From: an uncultured Gammaproteobacteria bacterium
Lineage (GTDB): Bacteria; Pseudomonadota; Gammaproteobacteria; Steroidobacterales; Woeseiaceae
Assembly (NCBI GenBank): GCA_942490655.1
Contig: CALNXZ010000003.1
Span: 39,441 to 103,440 of the forward strand
Length of the DNA stretch: 64,000 bases
Direction: 5' to 3'
The notes under the pieces were generated by a model that saw only the letters and a program-made list of their open reading frames with translations, did not search any database and was not told the origin of the DNA. A program made the position numbers and the translations under genes. Of this stretch, positions 47,097 to 56,895 are shown piece after piece (within the stretch, counting starts at the first letter, position 1; each line of letters starts with the position of its first letter).

Positions 47097-48620
47097 ATGC
47101 GACCAAAACTCAGTGTTTTATCCGACGAACTCGTGCAGGAAATCCTGACTGAAGCGAAGCGCATCATGTCCGAGACGGGCATGGAAATTCGCGGCGCAGG
47201 CATGCGCGAGCGATTGTTAGCCAGTGGGCTGAAGCTCGATGCCAGCGGCAAGCGTATATTGTTTACGCCCGATGTTGTTGATGCGGCTATTGCCAGCACA
47301 CCGAAGACTTTTACCTTATTCAATCGAGATGGCGACCCGCATGCGGAGATTGGCGGTAACAATGTTCACTACGTGCCAGGTTCAAGTGGACTGAAAATTC
47401 TCGATCACCGCACAGGTGTTACGCGTCTCAGCAACTCAACCGACTTCATCGAGTACGCGCGTCTCTGCGACGGGCTGGAAAACATCGCCTACCTCGCGAC
47501 TGCGTTTTCCACCAACAAGGACATTGAATCGCAGGTTTCAGATGCCTGGCGTTTGTACATGACGCTGACCACATCGAAGAAACCGGTCGTGTCGGGCGCA
47601 TTCAGCGAGCACGGTGTGTCGCGCATGGTTCAGATGATGCAAATGTTTCGCAGTGATCGCGCCGATTTGATCAAGAAACCTATGTCGATTTTTACCATCA
47701 CGGCGACCGGCAATTTTCGCTACGGTGAAGACTCCTGCCAAAACCTGCTCGATTGCGCGGATGCCGGTATCCCTGTCGAAATCGTGCCGGTTACGCTCAT
47801 GGGCCTCATCGCACCGGTCACACTGGTGGGTGCACTCGTGTTTCATTGCGTTGACGTACTGACCGGACTGACGATGGCGCAGATTGCGCGGCCGGGAACA
47901 CCGGTATTGTTTGGGGGTGCGCCAGCGACGTTCCACATGAAGGCGGCAAGTTCACCGATGGCCGCCATTGAAGCGCAGCACCTCAATGTTGCCTATGTGC
48001 AGATCGCGAAGTCTTTGAATCTGCCGACGCAAGCCTATATGGCACTGAGCGACGGCAAATTGCTCGATGCACAGGCGGGCGGCGAAACGTTCAGCAGTGC
48101 GCTACTCGCAGCGATCGCAGGTGTGAATTCGGTTTCCGGGCCGGGCATGCTCGATTTTGTATTGACCTTCAGCTTGCCGAAACTCGTATTTGACAACGAG
48201 GTTTGCGGCCAGGCTTTGCATTTCGTGAAAGAGATCAAGCCGCTCGATGATTTGCCCACACAGGATCTCGTCGACCAGCTGATGCGCGAAGACCATCTCA
48301 TTACTTCGCCGCATACGCTTAAGCATTGGCCCAATGAGCTGTATCTCACGCAGCCGGTAATTGACCGATTAAATCGCGAGACCTGGCAGGAGGGCGGTTC
48401 GATGGAGCTCCACGAACGCGCTTGTGCCGAAGTCGAAACCCGCCTTGCGAAATACGAGCCTATTGAAACCGATCCGGCGATCGACGCGGCGATGCGTGAT
48501 TTGGTGAAAGCCGGATTCGTCGAACAGGCGGAGCTACCCGAACTGCCGCCTGTGCCGGATAAGCCGGCGCCGGTAGTTATTGCGGGTCGTCGGGGTCGGG
48601 CTGGCAGGCGTCGGCGTTAA
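47097..48620 (+). CDS. MttB-superfamily (non-pyrrolysine) methyltransferase, paralog 3
   Basis: 507 aa, uninterrupted. There is no N-terminal basic extension; instead a Pro-rich linker and the C-tail [11 protein letters not shown]. Confidence 0.8.
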   Translation: MRPKLSVLSDELVQEILTEAKRIMSETGMEIRGAGMRERLLASGLKLDASGKRILFTPDVVDAAIASTPKTFTLFNRDGDPHAEIGGNNVHYVPGSSGLKILDHRTGVTRLSNSTDFIEYARLCDGLENIAYLATAFSTNKDIESQVSDAWRLYMTLTTSKKPVVSGAFSEHGVSRMVQMMQMFRSDRADLIKKPMSIFTITATGNFRYGEDSCQNLLDCADAGIPVEIVPVTLMGLIAPVTLVGALVFHCVDVLTGLTMAQIARPGTPVLFGGAPATFHMKAASSPMAAIEAQHLNVAYVQIAKSLNLPTQAYMALSDGKLLDAQAGGETFSSALLAAIAGVNSVSGPGMLDFVLTFSLPKLVFDNEVCGQALHFVKEIKPLDDLPTQDLVDQLMREDHLITSPHTLKHWPNELYLTQPVIDRLNRETWQEGGSMELHERACAEVETRLAKYEPIETDPAIDAAMRDLVKAGFVEQAELPELPPVPDKPAPVVIAGRRGRAGRRRR

Positions 48621-48634
48621 TGAAACCCTGCTAA

Positions 48635-49312
48635 CTATGGCGCCAGTCTGGCTATCGCCCAGCTGCCGTCGTCCTGCTTCGTGTATTGAAAGCGGTCGTG
48701 CAGTCGGTTGCGACGGCCTTGCCAGAATTCAACTTCTTCAGGCACGACACGATAGCCGCCCCAGAATGACGGCAGTGGTATTTCTTTGTTACTGAACTTG
48801 TCTTTCATTTCCTGAAACTTGCTTTCAAGCAATGAACGAGACGAGATCACACTGCTTTGCGCCGACACCCAGGCGCCGATCTGGCTGCCTCGAGGCCGTG
48901 AAACAAAATACTTGAGTGTTTCGCTGCCCGGGATTCGTACCGCCTGGCCACGGATCCTTACCTGCCGTGCGGCGTCCGACCAGAAAAACAGCAGCGCAAC
49001 GTTGGGATTGGCCTCAATATGTACGGCCTTCTTGCTGTCGTAGTTGGTAAAGAAGACAAAACCCTTTTCGTCGAAGTACTTCAATAACACGGTGCGGCTC
49101 GTTGGCCGATTCCGGCTATCTATGGTCGACAGGGACACCGCGTTCGGGTCCATCGGGACAGTGTCGCAGGCATGACGAAACCAGCCTTCAAATTGAACAA
49201 TCGGATCATCGGCCAAATCCTCCCGATCCAGCACAAAGCCTGTCGCAGAACGGCGCAGGCTCGATACGTTCATGCCGTGGTGCTCGGGGAGATCTTTCGT
49301 ATCATCGGTCAT
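48635..49312 (-). CDS. pdxH: pyridoxamine 5'-phosphate oxidase
   Basis: 225 aa. RTVLLK..D..GFVFFTNY.S.K and WGGYRV.PE.VEFWQGR.NRLHDR motifs. Confidence 0.9.
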   Translation of the reverse strand: MTDDTKDLPEHHGMNVSSLRRSATGFVLDREDLADDPIVQFEGWFRHACDTVPMDPNAVSLSTIDSRNRPTSRTVLLKYFDEKGFVFFTNYDSKKAVHIEANPNVALLFFWSDAARQVRIRGQAVRIPGSETLKYFVSRPRGSQIGAWVSAQSSVISSRSLLESKFQEMKDKFSNKEIPLPSFWGGYRVVPEEVEFWQGRRNRLHDRFQYTKQDDGSWAIARLAP

Positions 49313-49408
49313 GGCCCCATAGTAAGCATCGACGGCTGATTAGCCAATGGGGAAATTGCAGCAACCACTGTATGATTCCAGTATTGAGCAGCCAACGGGA
49401 GGACGTTG

Positions 49409-49888
49409 ATGTCCAGCCTTAACGAATTCACTACCAAGAAAGTCGTGCATCATTGGCCGATAACCTTGCTGCGTGTTTACACAGGCGTGTTCTTTGTCCA
49501 ATACGGCTATGGCAAGGTCACCAACCCGAATTTTGCCCAGGGATTGACCGGATTCGTCACCGGTAATCTCGAAAAGTGTTATGGCTTCATGCGGCCGTTC
49601 CTCGAGTCGGTGGTGCTGCCGAATACGGGTATTTTCGCGTTTCTGGTTTCCTGGGGGGAATTCCTGATCGGGGCAGCGCTGATCGTCGGTCTGGCGACCC
49701 GCTATGCGGCGGCGGCCGGAGCCCTGATGGTTGCTGCGTTCTGGTTCACGAAGGGGCAGGGCTTTTTCGACGCACAGAATCACGATTCGATCTGGTTCAT
49801 GATTTTCATCGTATTGGCGGCCGTTCACGCAGGGCGCAAACATAGCCTGGACGCCAAACTGGCCGATCGCTTCCGCTTTTTGGCCTGA
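49409..49888 (+). CDS. DoxX family membrane protein
   Basis: The ATG at 49409 lies 6 nt after GGAGGA. Four hydrophobic helices, LLRVYTGVFF..G..K and GEFLIGAALIVGL resemble DoxX. Confidence 0.6.
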   Translation: MSSLNEFTTKKVVHHWPITLLRVYTGVFFVQYGYGKVTNPNFAQGLTGFVTGNLEKCYGFMRPFLESVVLPNTGIFAFLVSWGEFLIGAALIVGLATRYAAAAGALMVAAFWFTKGQGFFDAQNHDSIWFMIFIVLAAVHAGRKHSLDAKLADRFRFLA

Positions 49889-49900
49889 TATCGGCGCGGC

Positions 49901-49930
49901 TTCCAATCGCGAACTTTGTCCCTGTATAAT
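49901..49930 (+). promoter_or_regulatory. possible promoter for tRNA-Leu (TTCCAA-18 nt-TATAAT, GC-rich discriminator)
   Basis: Perfect TATAAT at 49925-49930 followed by GCCCGGC. The -35 element is weak. Confidence 0.35.
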
Positions 49931-49974
49931 GCCCGGCTGGGCAGGTTGTGCGGGTGTTATGAGTCGCACGTTCG

Positions 49975-50060
49975 TGCGAATGTGGCGGAATTGGTAGACG
50001 CGCTGGTTTTAGGTACCAGTGGGGTAACCCGTGAGAGTTCGAGTCTCTCCTTTCGCACCA
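49975..50060 (+). tRNA. tRNA-Leu (anticodon TAG)
   Basis: Type II tRNA with a long variable arm, anticodon loop TTTAGGT, T-loop TTCGAGT, encoded CCA. One acceptor-stem mismatch. Confidence 0.85.
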
Positions 50061-50103
50061 AGTCCAAATCAACCAAGTCATTAATTGATAGAGAATAAAT
50101 AGT

Positions 50104-51399
50104 ATGGATGTCACTGTCGAAACGACAGGTACTCTGGAGCGCCGCATGCGCGTTGAGTTACCTATCGCGCCAATCGAACAACAAGTAGATACGCGCCTGA
50201 AGTCCGTCGGTCGAACCGCCAAGATCAAGGGGTTTCGCCCGGGCAAAGTGCCGCCCAAAGTCGTAAGGCAGCGTTACGGTAAGCAGGTCCGGGAAGAGGT
50301 GCTCAACGAGGTTCTGCAAAAGAGCTATTCAGAAGCCGTCACCCGTGAAAAGCTGAATCCCGCCGGCGGGCCGAAGATCGAAACCGAAAACGAGAACGGC
50401 AAGACCTTCGCGTACGTTGCAACCTTTGAAATCATGCCTGTGGTTACGCTCAAGGATCTCGAAAAGATCAAGATCGAGAAACCCGAAGTCACGATCGGTG
50501 ATGATGACATCGACGATATGCTGACCAAACTGCGCAAGCAGAAAGCGAGTTGGCAAAAAGTTGATCGCAAGAGCACAGACGGTGATCGCGTCACTATCGA
50601 TTTCGAAGGCAGCCTTAAGGGCGAGCTTTTTCCAGGCGGCGAAGCCAAGAATTACCCGGTTGAACTGGGGGCAGGACAGATGCTGCCTGATTTCGAAAAG
50701 GGCCTGTCCGGTGTCAAGGCGGGAGAGGAAACGACATTCAAGGTCAAGTTCCCGAAGGAATATCACGCGGAGGATCTTGCTGGTAAAAAGGCAGACTTCA
50801 AAGTCACCGTGCACAGCGTCGAGGCAGAGGTTCTGCCTGAGTTGAACGATGAGTTTGCTGAATCCTTTGGCGTAACCGAAGGCGGCCTGCAGGGATTTAT
50901 GGCGGATGTTCGCGAGAACATGGAGCGCGAAGCGGCGCAGAAAGTGAAGTCGAGTTTGCGGGAGCAGGTGATGGATGCACTGCTCGCAGCCAATCCGCTG
51001 GAGATCCCGCACACGCTCAAACATCAGGAAATGCATACGCTGCAGCGCGAGGCAATGCGCCGTATGGGCATCGAAGATGAAGGCCAGGCACCACCGCTGG
51101 CCAACTTTGCCAAGCCGGCCGAGAAGCGCGTGGCGCTGGGCCTGCTACTCCGGCAGGTCATCGTCGACAAGGAGCTCAAAGTCGATGAGACCATGATGCG
51201 GGCTCGCGTTGAGGAACTTTGCGCCGGCTACGAAGAAGCTGACGACATGATCAACATGTACATGAGCAACCCGCAGGTCTTGCAGCAACTCGAGCCCATG
51301 GTAGTCGAGCAACAGGCGATCGACTGGATCGCCGAACACGGCACGACCAAAGCAAAAAAGATCGCGTTCAAGGAGTTCATGAAGGTAGCGGCTTCGTGA
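50104..51399 (+). CDS. tig: trigger factor
   Basis: 431 aa. GFRPGKVP ribosome-binding motif and a central FKBP-like domain. tig-clpP-clpX-lon synteny holds. Confidence 0.95.
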   Translation: MDVTVETTGTLERRMRVELPIAPIEQQVDTRLKSVGRTAKIKGFRPGKVPPKVVRQRYGKQVREEVLNEVLQKSYSEAVTREKLNPAGGPKIETENENGKTFAYVATFEIMPVVTLKDLEKIKIEKPEVTIGDDDIDDMLTKLRKQKASWQKVDRKSTDGDRVTIDFEGSLKGELFPGGEAKNYPVELGAGQMLPDFEKGLSGVKAGEETTFKVKFPKEYHAEDLAGKKADFKVTVHSVEAEVLPELNDEFAESFGVTEGGLQGFMADVRENMEREAAQKVKSSLREQVMDALLAANPLEIPHTLKHQEMHTLQREAMRRMGIEDEGQAPPLANFAKPAEKRVALGLLLRQVIVDKELKVDETMMRARVEELCAGYEEADDMINMYMSNPQVLQQLEPMVVEQQAIDWIAEHGTTKAKKIAFKEFMKVAAS

Positions 51400-51449
51400 G
51401 ACACTTGGGAAACCACGATAAACAACGACAGACGACGGAAAGTAACACT

Positions 51450-52073
51450 ATGAGCCCAACCGCACTGAACCTGGTACCTATGGTCGTCGAGCAAACGGCT
51501 CGCGGCGAACGCGCCTACGACATCTATTCCAGGCTGTTGAAGGACCGACTCATATTCATCGTCGGACCGGTAGAAGACCATATGGCGAATCTGGTCGTCG
51601 CGCAGCTGCTGTACCTTGAGTCCGAGAATCCGAACAAAGATATCCATGTGTATATCAACTCACCGGGTGGTGTGGTGTCTTCGGGTCTTGCGGTCTATGA
51701 CACGATGCAGTTCATCAACTGCGACGTTTCAACGATTTGTATCGGCCAGGCGGCCAGTATGGGCGCCCTGTTGTTGGCCGGTGGCACCAAGGGAAAACGT
51801 TACGCATTGCCGCATTCACGGATTATGGTGCATCAGCCGAGTGCTGGATATCAGGGTCAGGTAACCGATATCAGCATCCACGCTGAAGAGGTCATCGCCC
51901 TGAAACGCCGCTTGAATGAAATCATGGCCAAACACACCGGTCAGGACGTCAAGAAGGTCGAACGGGATCTGGAGCGTGACAACTTCATGGGCGCCGAAGC
52001 GGCCGTGGAATACGGGCTAATCGATACGGTACTGGCCTCGCGCCAGGCTTTGGGCGACAAATCCGAGAGTTGA
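51450..52073 (+). CDS. clpP: ATP-dependent Clp protease proteolytic subunit
   Basis: Internal ATG at 51450. [28 protein letters not shown] (Ser) and MVHQP (His) motifs. Confidence 0.95.
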   Translation: MSPTALNLVPMVVEQTARGERAYDIYSRLLKDRLIFIVGPVEDHMANLVVAQLLYLESENPNKDIHVYINSPGGVVSSGLAVYDTMQFINCDVSTICIGQAASMGALLLAGGTKGKRYALPHSRIMVHQPSAGYQGQVTDISIHAEEVIALKRRLNEIMAKHTGQDVKKVERDLERDNFMGAEAAVEYGLIDTVLASRQALGDKSES

Positions 52074-52171
52074 TCGCTTAAATATCAAGAGCTTACAAGG
52101 TCATTGTCGACTTATGTGACCTGTGACTTTGAACCTTGATAGCGCCCATGTAAACTACTCCCCCAACGTTA

Positions 52172-52200
52172 CAGGCAGTTTGATTTGCCTGGTATTTTCG
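52172..52200 (+). terminator. hairpin CAGGCA-8 nt-TGCCTG followed by GTATTTT in the clpP-clpX spacer (possible partial terminator or leader structure)
   Basis: 6-bp stem read by eye and a short interrupted T tract. It lies 18-45 nt upstream of the clpX ATG. Confidence 0.25.
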
Positions 52201-52217
52201 TCACTAAGGCAATCAGT

Positions 52218-53534
52218 ATGAGCGATGAATCCCGCGGTAAGAACGAGGACGGCAAACTCCTTTATTGTTCTTTTTGCGGCAAATCCCAGCACGAAGTTCG
52301 TAAGCTCATCGCGGGCCCGTCCGTCTTTATTTGTGACGAGTGCGTAGAACTTTGCAATGACATTATCCGCGAGGAACTCGAGGATACCGGTGAGACCAGC
52401 CACGACAAGCTGCCAAAACCTCATGAAATCAATGCCGTACTCGATGAGTACGTTATCGGGCAGGCGCGGGCAAAACGAGTACTCGCGGTCGCGGTCTACA
52501 ACCATTACAAACGCCTCAACAGTCGCCAGAACGAACGTTCCAAGGACGACATCGAACTCGCGAAGAGCAATATTCTCCTGATTGGCCCGACTGGTTGTGG
52601 CAAGACACTGCTGGCCGAGACACTTGCCCGCTTATTGAATGTGCCCTTTACGATCGCTGATGCGACGACCCTTACGGAAGCCGGTTACGTCGGTGAGGAT
52701 GTCGAGAACATCATTCAGAAGTTGCTGCAAAAGTGCGACTACGATGTCGAAAAAGCGCAGACCGGTATCGTCTACATCGACGAAATCGACAAGATCTCAC
52801 GCAAATCCGATAACCCGTCAATCACGCGGGACGTGTCGGGCGAAGGTGTACAGCAGGCGCTCCTCAAACTGATCGAAGGCACGATCGCTTCCGTACCGCC
52901 GCAGGGCGGACGCAAGCATCCGCAGCAGGAGTTCCTGCAGGTCGATACCGGCAACATACTGTTTATTTGCGGTGGCGCGTTTGCCGGCCTTGAAAAAATC
53001 ATTCAAAACCGCTCGTCGAAGTCCGGCATCGGATTCGTGGCGGACGTCAAGTCGAAGGACCAGGAAAAGAATATTGGCGAGTTGCTGCACGACGTGGAAC
53101 CGGAAGATCTGATTCGCTTCGGGCTGATTCCGGAATTCGTCGGCCGCCTGCCGGTTGTGGCGACGCTTGAAGAACTGGATGAGGAGGCCCTCATTCAAAT
53201 TCTGCTCGAGCCGAAGAACGCGCTGACCAAGCAGTACCGGAAGTTGTTCGAGATGGAAGGCGTGGATCTGGAGTTTCGTGACGACGCGTTGCGGGCAGTG
53301 GCCACGAGGGCGATGGAACGCAAGACAGGCGCTCGCGGTTTGCGCACCATTCTTGAGAACGTACTGCTCGATACGATGTATGACCTGCCGTCGGCCGAGA
53401 ATGCGAAGAAGGTTGTCGTTGACGAGGCTGTGGTCTCCGGCGAGAACCCACCTTACGTCATTTACGAGTCAGACGAATCGCCAACGGTAAATATTGAGCA
53501 TCCGCCGAGACCCACAGGATCGGACGGCGCATAA
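52218..53534 (+). CDS. clpX: ATP-dependent Clp protease ATP-binding subunit ClpX
   Basis: Internal ATG at 52218. Zn-binding CSFCGK..CDEC, Walker A GPTGCGKT and IVYIDEIDK. Confidence 0.95.
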   Translation: MSDESRGKNEDGKLLYCSFCGKSQHEVRKLIAGPSVFICDECVELCNDIIREELEDTGETSHDKLPKPHEINAVLDEYVIGQARAKRVLAVAVYNHYKRLNSRQNERSKDDIELAKSNILLIGPTGCGKTLLAETLARLLNVPFTIADATTLTEAGYVGEDVENIIQKLLQKCDYDVEKAQTGIVYIDEIDKISRKSDNPSITRDVSGEGVQQALLKLIEGTIASVPPQGGRKHPQQEFLQVDTGNILFICGGAFAGLEKIIQNRSSKSGIGFVADVKSKDQEKNIGELLHDVEPEDLIRFGLIPEFVGRLPVVATLEELDEEALIQILLEPKNALTKQYRKLFEMEGVDLEFRDDALRAVATRAMERKTGARGLRTILENVLLDTMYDLPSAENAKKVVVDEAVVSGENPPYVIYESDESPTVNIEHPPRPTGSDGA

Positions 53535-53553
53535 AAGACATCGAATACCGAAG

Positions 53554-53581
53554 CTTGAATTGCGACGAATTGGCCGCACAA
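53554..53581 (+). promoter_or_regulatory. possible sigma32-type heat-shock promoter for lon
   Basis: CTTGAAT at 53554-53560, 13 nt spacer, CCGCACAA at 53574-53581. The comparison is with the consensus CTTGAA-N13-17-CCCCATnT; the match in the -10 element is only partial. Confidence 0.3.
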
Positions 53582-53628
53582 CACTACCAGTTTGTCGTAT
53601 TGTTAATTCTTACTAGAGGTTATCCACG

Positions 53629-56100
53629 GTGTCTGAAAACGACCTGCCAGAAAAAGACCTGATCTCATCTATGGACCTGGCGGAGGACGAGTCTGTAATC
53701 GATGATTCATCCGGCGTGCCTGTGCTGCCCCTGCGCGACGTTGTTGTCTACCCGCACATGGTTATCCCGCTGTTCGTTGGGCGCCAGAAATCGATCGTGG
53801 CGCTCGACAAGGCCATGCAGTTCGGCAAACGCATACTGCTGGTAGCGCAAAAAACGGCCGACACGGATGATCCGCAACCTTCTGATTTATATGAAGTTGG
53901 TACACTGGCCACGATACTGCAGCTGCTCAAGCTCCCGGATGGCACGGTCAAAGTACTGGTCGAGGGCGGTGAACGGGCGCTGGTTGATCGCATCAACGTC
54001 GAAGACCATTTTTCGGCCGAAATCACCTTGCTGAATGAAGATGATCGTCACGACGAACGCGAGATTGATGTACTCGTGCGCTCGATCATTTCTCAGTTCG
54101 AAGCCTATGTGAAACTGAACAAGAAAGTGCCACCCGAGGTGTTGACCTCACTGAGCGGCATCGACGAGCCAGGGCGCCTTGCTGACACGGTAGCGGCGCA
54201 TATGGCCCTGAAACTGTCGGAGAAGCAGCGCATCCTCGAAATTCAGGATGTGAAGAGCCGCCTTGAGCAGGTGCTCGGCATTATCGAAGGCGAGATCGAT
54301 GTGCTACAGATCGAGAAGCGCATACGCGGCCGCGTCAAGAACCAGATGGAAAAGAGCCAGCGCGAGTACTACCTGAATGAGCAAATGAAAGCGATTCAGA
54401 AAGAACTCGGCGAAATGGATGATGTCCCCAACGAGCTGGCCGACCTTGAAGCGAAAATCGACAAGGCAGGCATGACGGACGAGGCCCGCGACAAGGCCGT
54501 CTCCGAACTCAACAAACTGAAACTAATGTCGCCGATGTCCGCCGAAGCAACGGTGGTCCGCAACTACATAGACTGGTTGCTCAAGGCGCCCTGGAAGAAA
54601 CGCAGCAAGGTGTTCAAGAACCTTAAGAAGGCCGAGGAGGTCCTCGAGGCTGATCATTATGGTCTGGAGAAGGTTAAGGAACGCATCCTTGAGTATTTGG
54701 CGGTACAGCAGCGAGTGAAGCGTCTCAAAGGTCCGATACTTTGTCTGGTGGGTCCCCCCGGTGTCGGCAAGACCTCCCTCGGCCAAAGCATCGCTCGATC
54801 GACCAATCGCAAATTCGTCCGTATGTCGCTGGGCGGTGTACGTGACGAGGCTGAAATTCGTGGCCATCGCCGTACTTACATTGGCTCGATGCCTGGCAAG
54901 ATCGTGCAAAACCTGTCCAAGACGGGTGTGCGCAATCCGTTGTTCCTGCTTGATGAAGTCGACAAGATGGCGATGGATTTTCGCGGTGATCCGTCGTCAG
55001 CGCTGTTGGAAGTGCTCGATCCGGAGCAGAACTCCACGTTTGCCGATCACTACCTGGAGGTCGATTTTGATCTCTCGGATGTCATGTTCGTCTGTACAGC
55101 GAACAGCCTGAATATTCCGGCGCCATTGCTGGATCGCATGGAAGTCATTCGAATTCCCGGCTACACCGAGGATGAAAAGACCAACATTGCGCTCAAATAC
55201 CTGGTGCCGAAGCAGCTCAAGGAAAACGGTTTAAAGAAAAAGGAGCTCACCATCACGGAAGGCTCGGTACGCGACATTATCCAGCATTACACCCGTGAAG
55301 CCGGTGTTCGTAACCTCGAGCGCGAGATTTCCAAGATTTGCCGCAAGGTTGTGAAGTCCCTGCTATTGAAACCGCGTAAGGAGCGTGTCCTGGTCACGCC
55401 GAGAAGTATGGAAAAGTACCTCGGAGTGCGTCGACATCGCTTCGGCAAGGCTGAAGAGAAAGATCAGGTCGGGCAGGTGACAGGTCTGGCCTGGACCGAG
55501 GTTGGCGGCGAGCTGCTGACGATCGAGGCGGCCGTTGTGCCCGGTAAGGGCAAGCTGACACACACCGGCCAATTGGGTGAAGTGATGACGGAGTCCATTC
55601 AGGCGGCGATGACGGTAGTCCGCAGTCGGGCAGCCATATTGGGCATCGCAGAGGATTTCCATCAGAAGGTGGATGTGCACATTCACGTGCCTGAAGGAGC
55701 TACGCCCAAGGACGGACCGAGTGCGGGAGTTGGCATGTGTACTGCGCTGGTGTCGGCTTTGACCAAGGTCCCGGTCAGGAGCGACGTAGCCATGACCGGA
55801 GAGATCACGCTGCGCGGCGAGGTTCTGCCCATTGGAGGGCTGAAAGAGAAGCTGCTTGCGGCACACAGAGGGGGCATAGAGAGGGTCCTGATCCCCGAAG
55901 AGAACGAAAAAGACCTTGCCGAAATACCGAAGAACATCAAAGACAAGCTGACGATAGTTCCAGTGAAGTGGATCGACCAGGTCATGGAGCATGCGCTGGT
56001 CCGGATGCCCTTGCCGGAGACGCCGAATAGCGAGCCGAAAACCGAAGCCAAAACACCGGCTGAAGAGCAAAAAACGGACGATACGGTGCGCCCGCACTAA
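53629..56100 (+). CDS. lon: Lon protease
   Basis: 823 aa. The GTG start lies 9 nt after [27 protein letters not shown], Walker A GPPGVGKT and catalytic PKDGPSAG. Confidence 0.95.
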   Translation: MSENDLPEKDLISSMDLAEDESVIDDSSGVPVLPLRDVVVYPHMVIPLFVGRQKSIVALDKAMQFGKRILLVAQKTADTDDPQPSDLYEVGTLATILQLLKLPDGTVKVLVEGGERALVDRINVEDHFSAEITLLNEDDRHDEREIDVLVRSIISQFEAYVKLNKKVPPEVLTSLSGIDEPGRLADTVAAHMALKLSEKQRILEIQDVKSRLEQVLGIIEGEIDVLQIEKRIRGRVKNQMEKSQREYYLNEQMKAIQKELGEMDDVPNELADLEAKIDKAGMTDEARDKAVSELNKLKLMSPMSAEATVVRNYIDWLLKAPWKKRSKVFKNLKKAEEVLEADHYGLEKVKERILEYLAVQQRVKRLKGPILCLVGPPGVGKTSLGQSIARSTNRKFVRMSLGGVRDEAEIRGHRRTYIGSMPGKIVQNLSKTGVRNPLFLLDEVDKMAMDFRGDPSSALLEVLDPEQNSTFADHYLEVDFDLSDVMFVCTANSLNIPAPLLDRMEVIRIPGYTEDEKTNIALKYLVPKQLKENGLKKKELTITEGSVRDIIQHYTREAGVRNLEREISKICRKVVKSLLLKPRKERVLVTPRSMEKYLGVRRHRFGKAEEKDQVGQVTGLAWTEVGGELLTIEAAVVPGKGKLTHTGQLGEVMTESIQAAMTVVRSRAAILGIAEDFHQKVDVHIHVPEGATPKDGPSAGVGMCTALVSALTKVPVRSDVAMTGEITLRGEVLPIGGLKEKLLAAHRGGIERVLIPEENEKDLAEIPKNIKDKLTIVPVKWIDQVMEHALVRMPLPETPNSEPKTEAKTPAEEQKTDDTVRPH

Positions 56101-56130
56101 GGCGCTGGAAGCCGCGTGGTTAAAGGATAT

Positions 56131-56159
56131 TTGACGCTCTATATGTCAGTTGGTATAAG
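56131..56159 (+). promoter_or_regulatory. sigma70-like promoter for hupB, TTGACG-17 nt-TATAAG
   Basis: TTGACG at 56131-56136, 17 nt spacer, TATAAG at 56154-56159, ~118 nt upstream of the ATG. Confidence 0.45.
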
Positions 56160-56276
56160 CCCCGTAGTTGTTAGTGGGTGCACGGAGCCACTTTCGACGG
56201 TTCAGCGGATTGCGCCGATACGGACACTCGCTGGGCAGACGGCCATTTCATTAATCAATCTGCAAGGGTGAATAGT

Positions 56277-56549
56277 ATGAATAAAGGCGAACTCATAGAC
56301 TCGGTTGCGGGTGCAGCAGGATTGTCACGCGCTGATGCAACCAAGGCGGTTGACGCGGTACTCGATAGCATCCAGGGCACGCTTGCCAACGGCGGTTCAG
56401 TATCACTCGTTGGATTCGGAACGTTCTCGGTCAAAGCTCGTGCGGCACGCTCGGGACGCAACCCGCGGACCGGTGAAACCATCCAAATCAAGGCGAGCAA
56501 TGTCCCGGGATTTAAGGCTGGCAAAGGCCTGAAGGATGCCGTAAACTAG
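56277..56549 (+). CDS. hupB: DNA-binding protein HU-beta
   Basis: Internal ATG at 56277, 90 aa. MNKGELID..., GFGTF and RNPRTGE..I motifs. It lies between lon and ppiD. Confidence 0.95.
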   Translation: MNKGELIDSVAGAAGLSRADATKAVDAVLDSIQGTLANGGSVSLVGFGTFSVKARAARSGRNPRTGETIQIKASNVPGFKAGKGLKDAVN

Positions 56550-56579
56550 CGCGCCCCACGGGGGTACAGGGTACGGAAG

Positions 56580-56601
56580 AGCCCGTTCTTACGGGCTTTT
56601 T
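56580..56601 (+). terminator. rho-independent terminator after hupB
   Basis: 7-bp stem AGCCCGT/ACGGGCT, loop TCTT, followed by TTTTT. Confidence 0.75.
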
Positions 56602-56642
56602 CATGTCCTGTTTTTTTAATCCAGTATCTTTGATCCAGAACT

Positions 56643-56718
56643 GGGTGCTTAGCTCAGCTGGTAGAGCATCGCCCTTACAAGGCGAGGGTCGGCGGTTCGA
56701 TCCCGTCAGCACCCACCA
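56643..56718 (+). tRNA. tRNA-Val (anticodon TAC)
   Basis: GGGTGCT/AGCACCC acceptor, anticodon loop CTTACAA, T-loop TTCGATC, encoded CCA. Confidence 0.9.
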
Positions 56719-56724
56719 AAATTT

Positions 56725-56801
56725 GGAGCGGTAGTTCAGTTGGTTAGAATACCGGCCTGTCACGCCGGGGGTCGCGGGTTCGAGTCCCGTCCGCTCCGCC
56801 A
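56725..56801 (+). tRNA. tRNA-Asp (anticodon GTC)
   Basis: Close to E. coli tRNA-Asp. Anticodon loop CTGTCAC, encoded CCA. Confidence 0.9.
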
Positions 56802-56806
56802 ACATT

Positions 56807-56847
56807 AAAATCCCGGGTCCCTGTAGCGGGGGCACGGGATTTTTTTT
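56807..56847 (+). terminator. rho-independent terminator after the tRNA-Val/Asp pair
   Basis: AAAATCCCG ... CGGGATTTT stem followed by a 7-T run (56841-56847). Confidence 0.7.
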
Positions 56848-56895
56848 AGAATTTCGAGTCTTCGACGCTTCGCTAACACACAAGACACTTAAATT

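Noticed and set aside
35422-48620. Possible genomic island inserted at the tRNA-Pro/Arg/His/Lys cluster (lipoprotein plus MttB operon)
   Set aside because: There is no integrase, transposase or phage gene. I found no direct repeat of the tRNA-Lys 3' end near 48620-48640. By eye there is no obvious compositional break. Accessory in function, but not supported as a mobile island from this window alone.
38582-48620. Pyrrolysine (in-frame UAG) decoding in the MttB homologs
   Set aside because: All three ORFs are full length (504-521 aa) without an internal amber codon, and no pylTSBCD genes are present. They are non-Pyl family members.
52114-52135. Third partial copy of the GTGACCTG motif (TATGTGACCTGTGACTTTG) in the clpP-clpX spacer
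   Set aside because: Only the left half-site and part of the spacer match. The right half is ACTTT rather than TCACA. It is probably a chance match.
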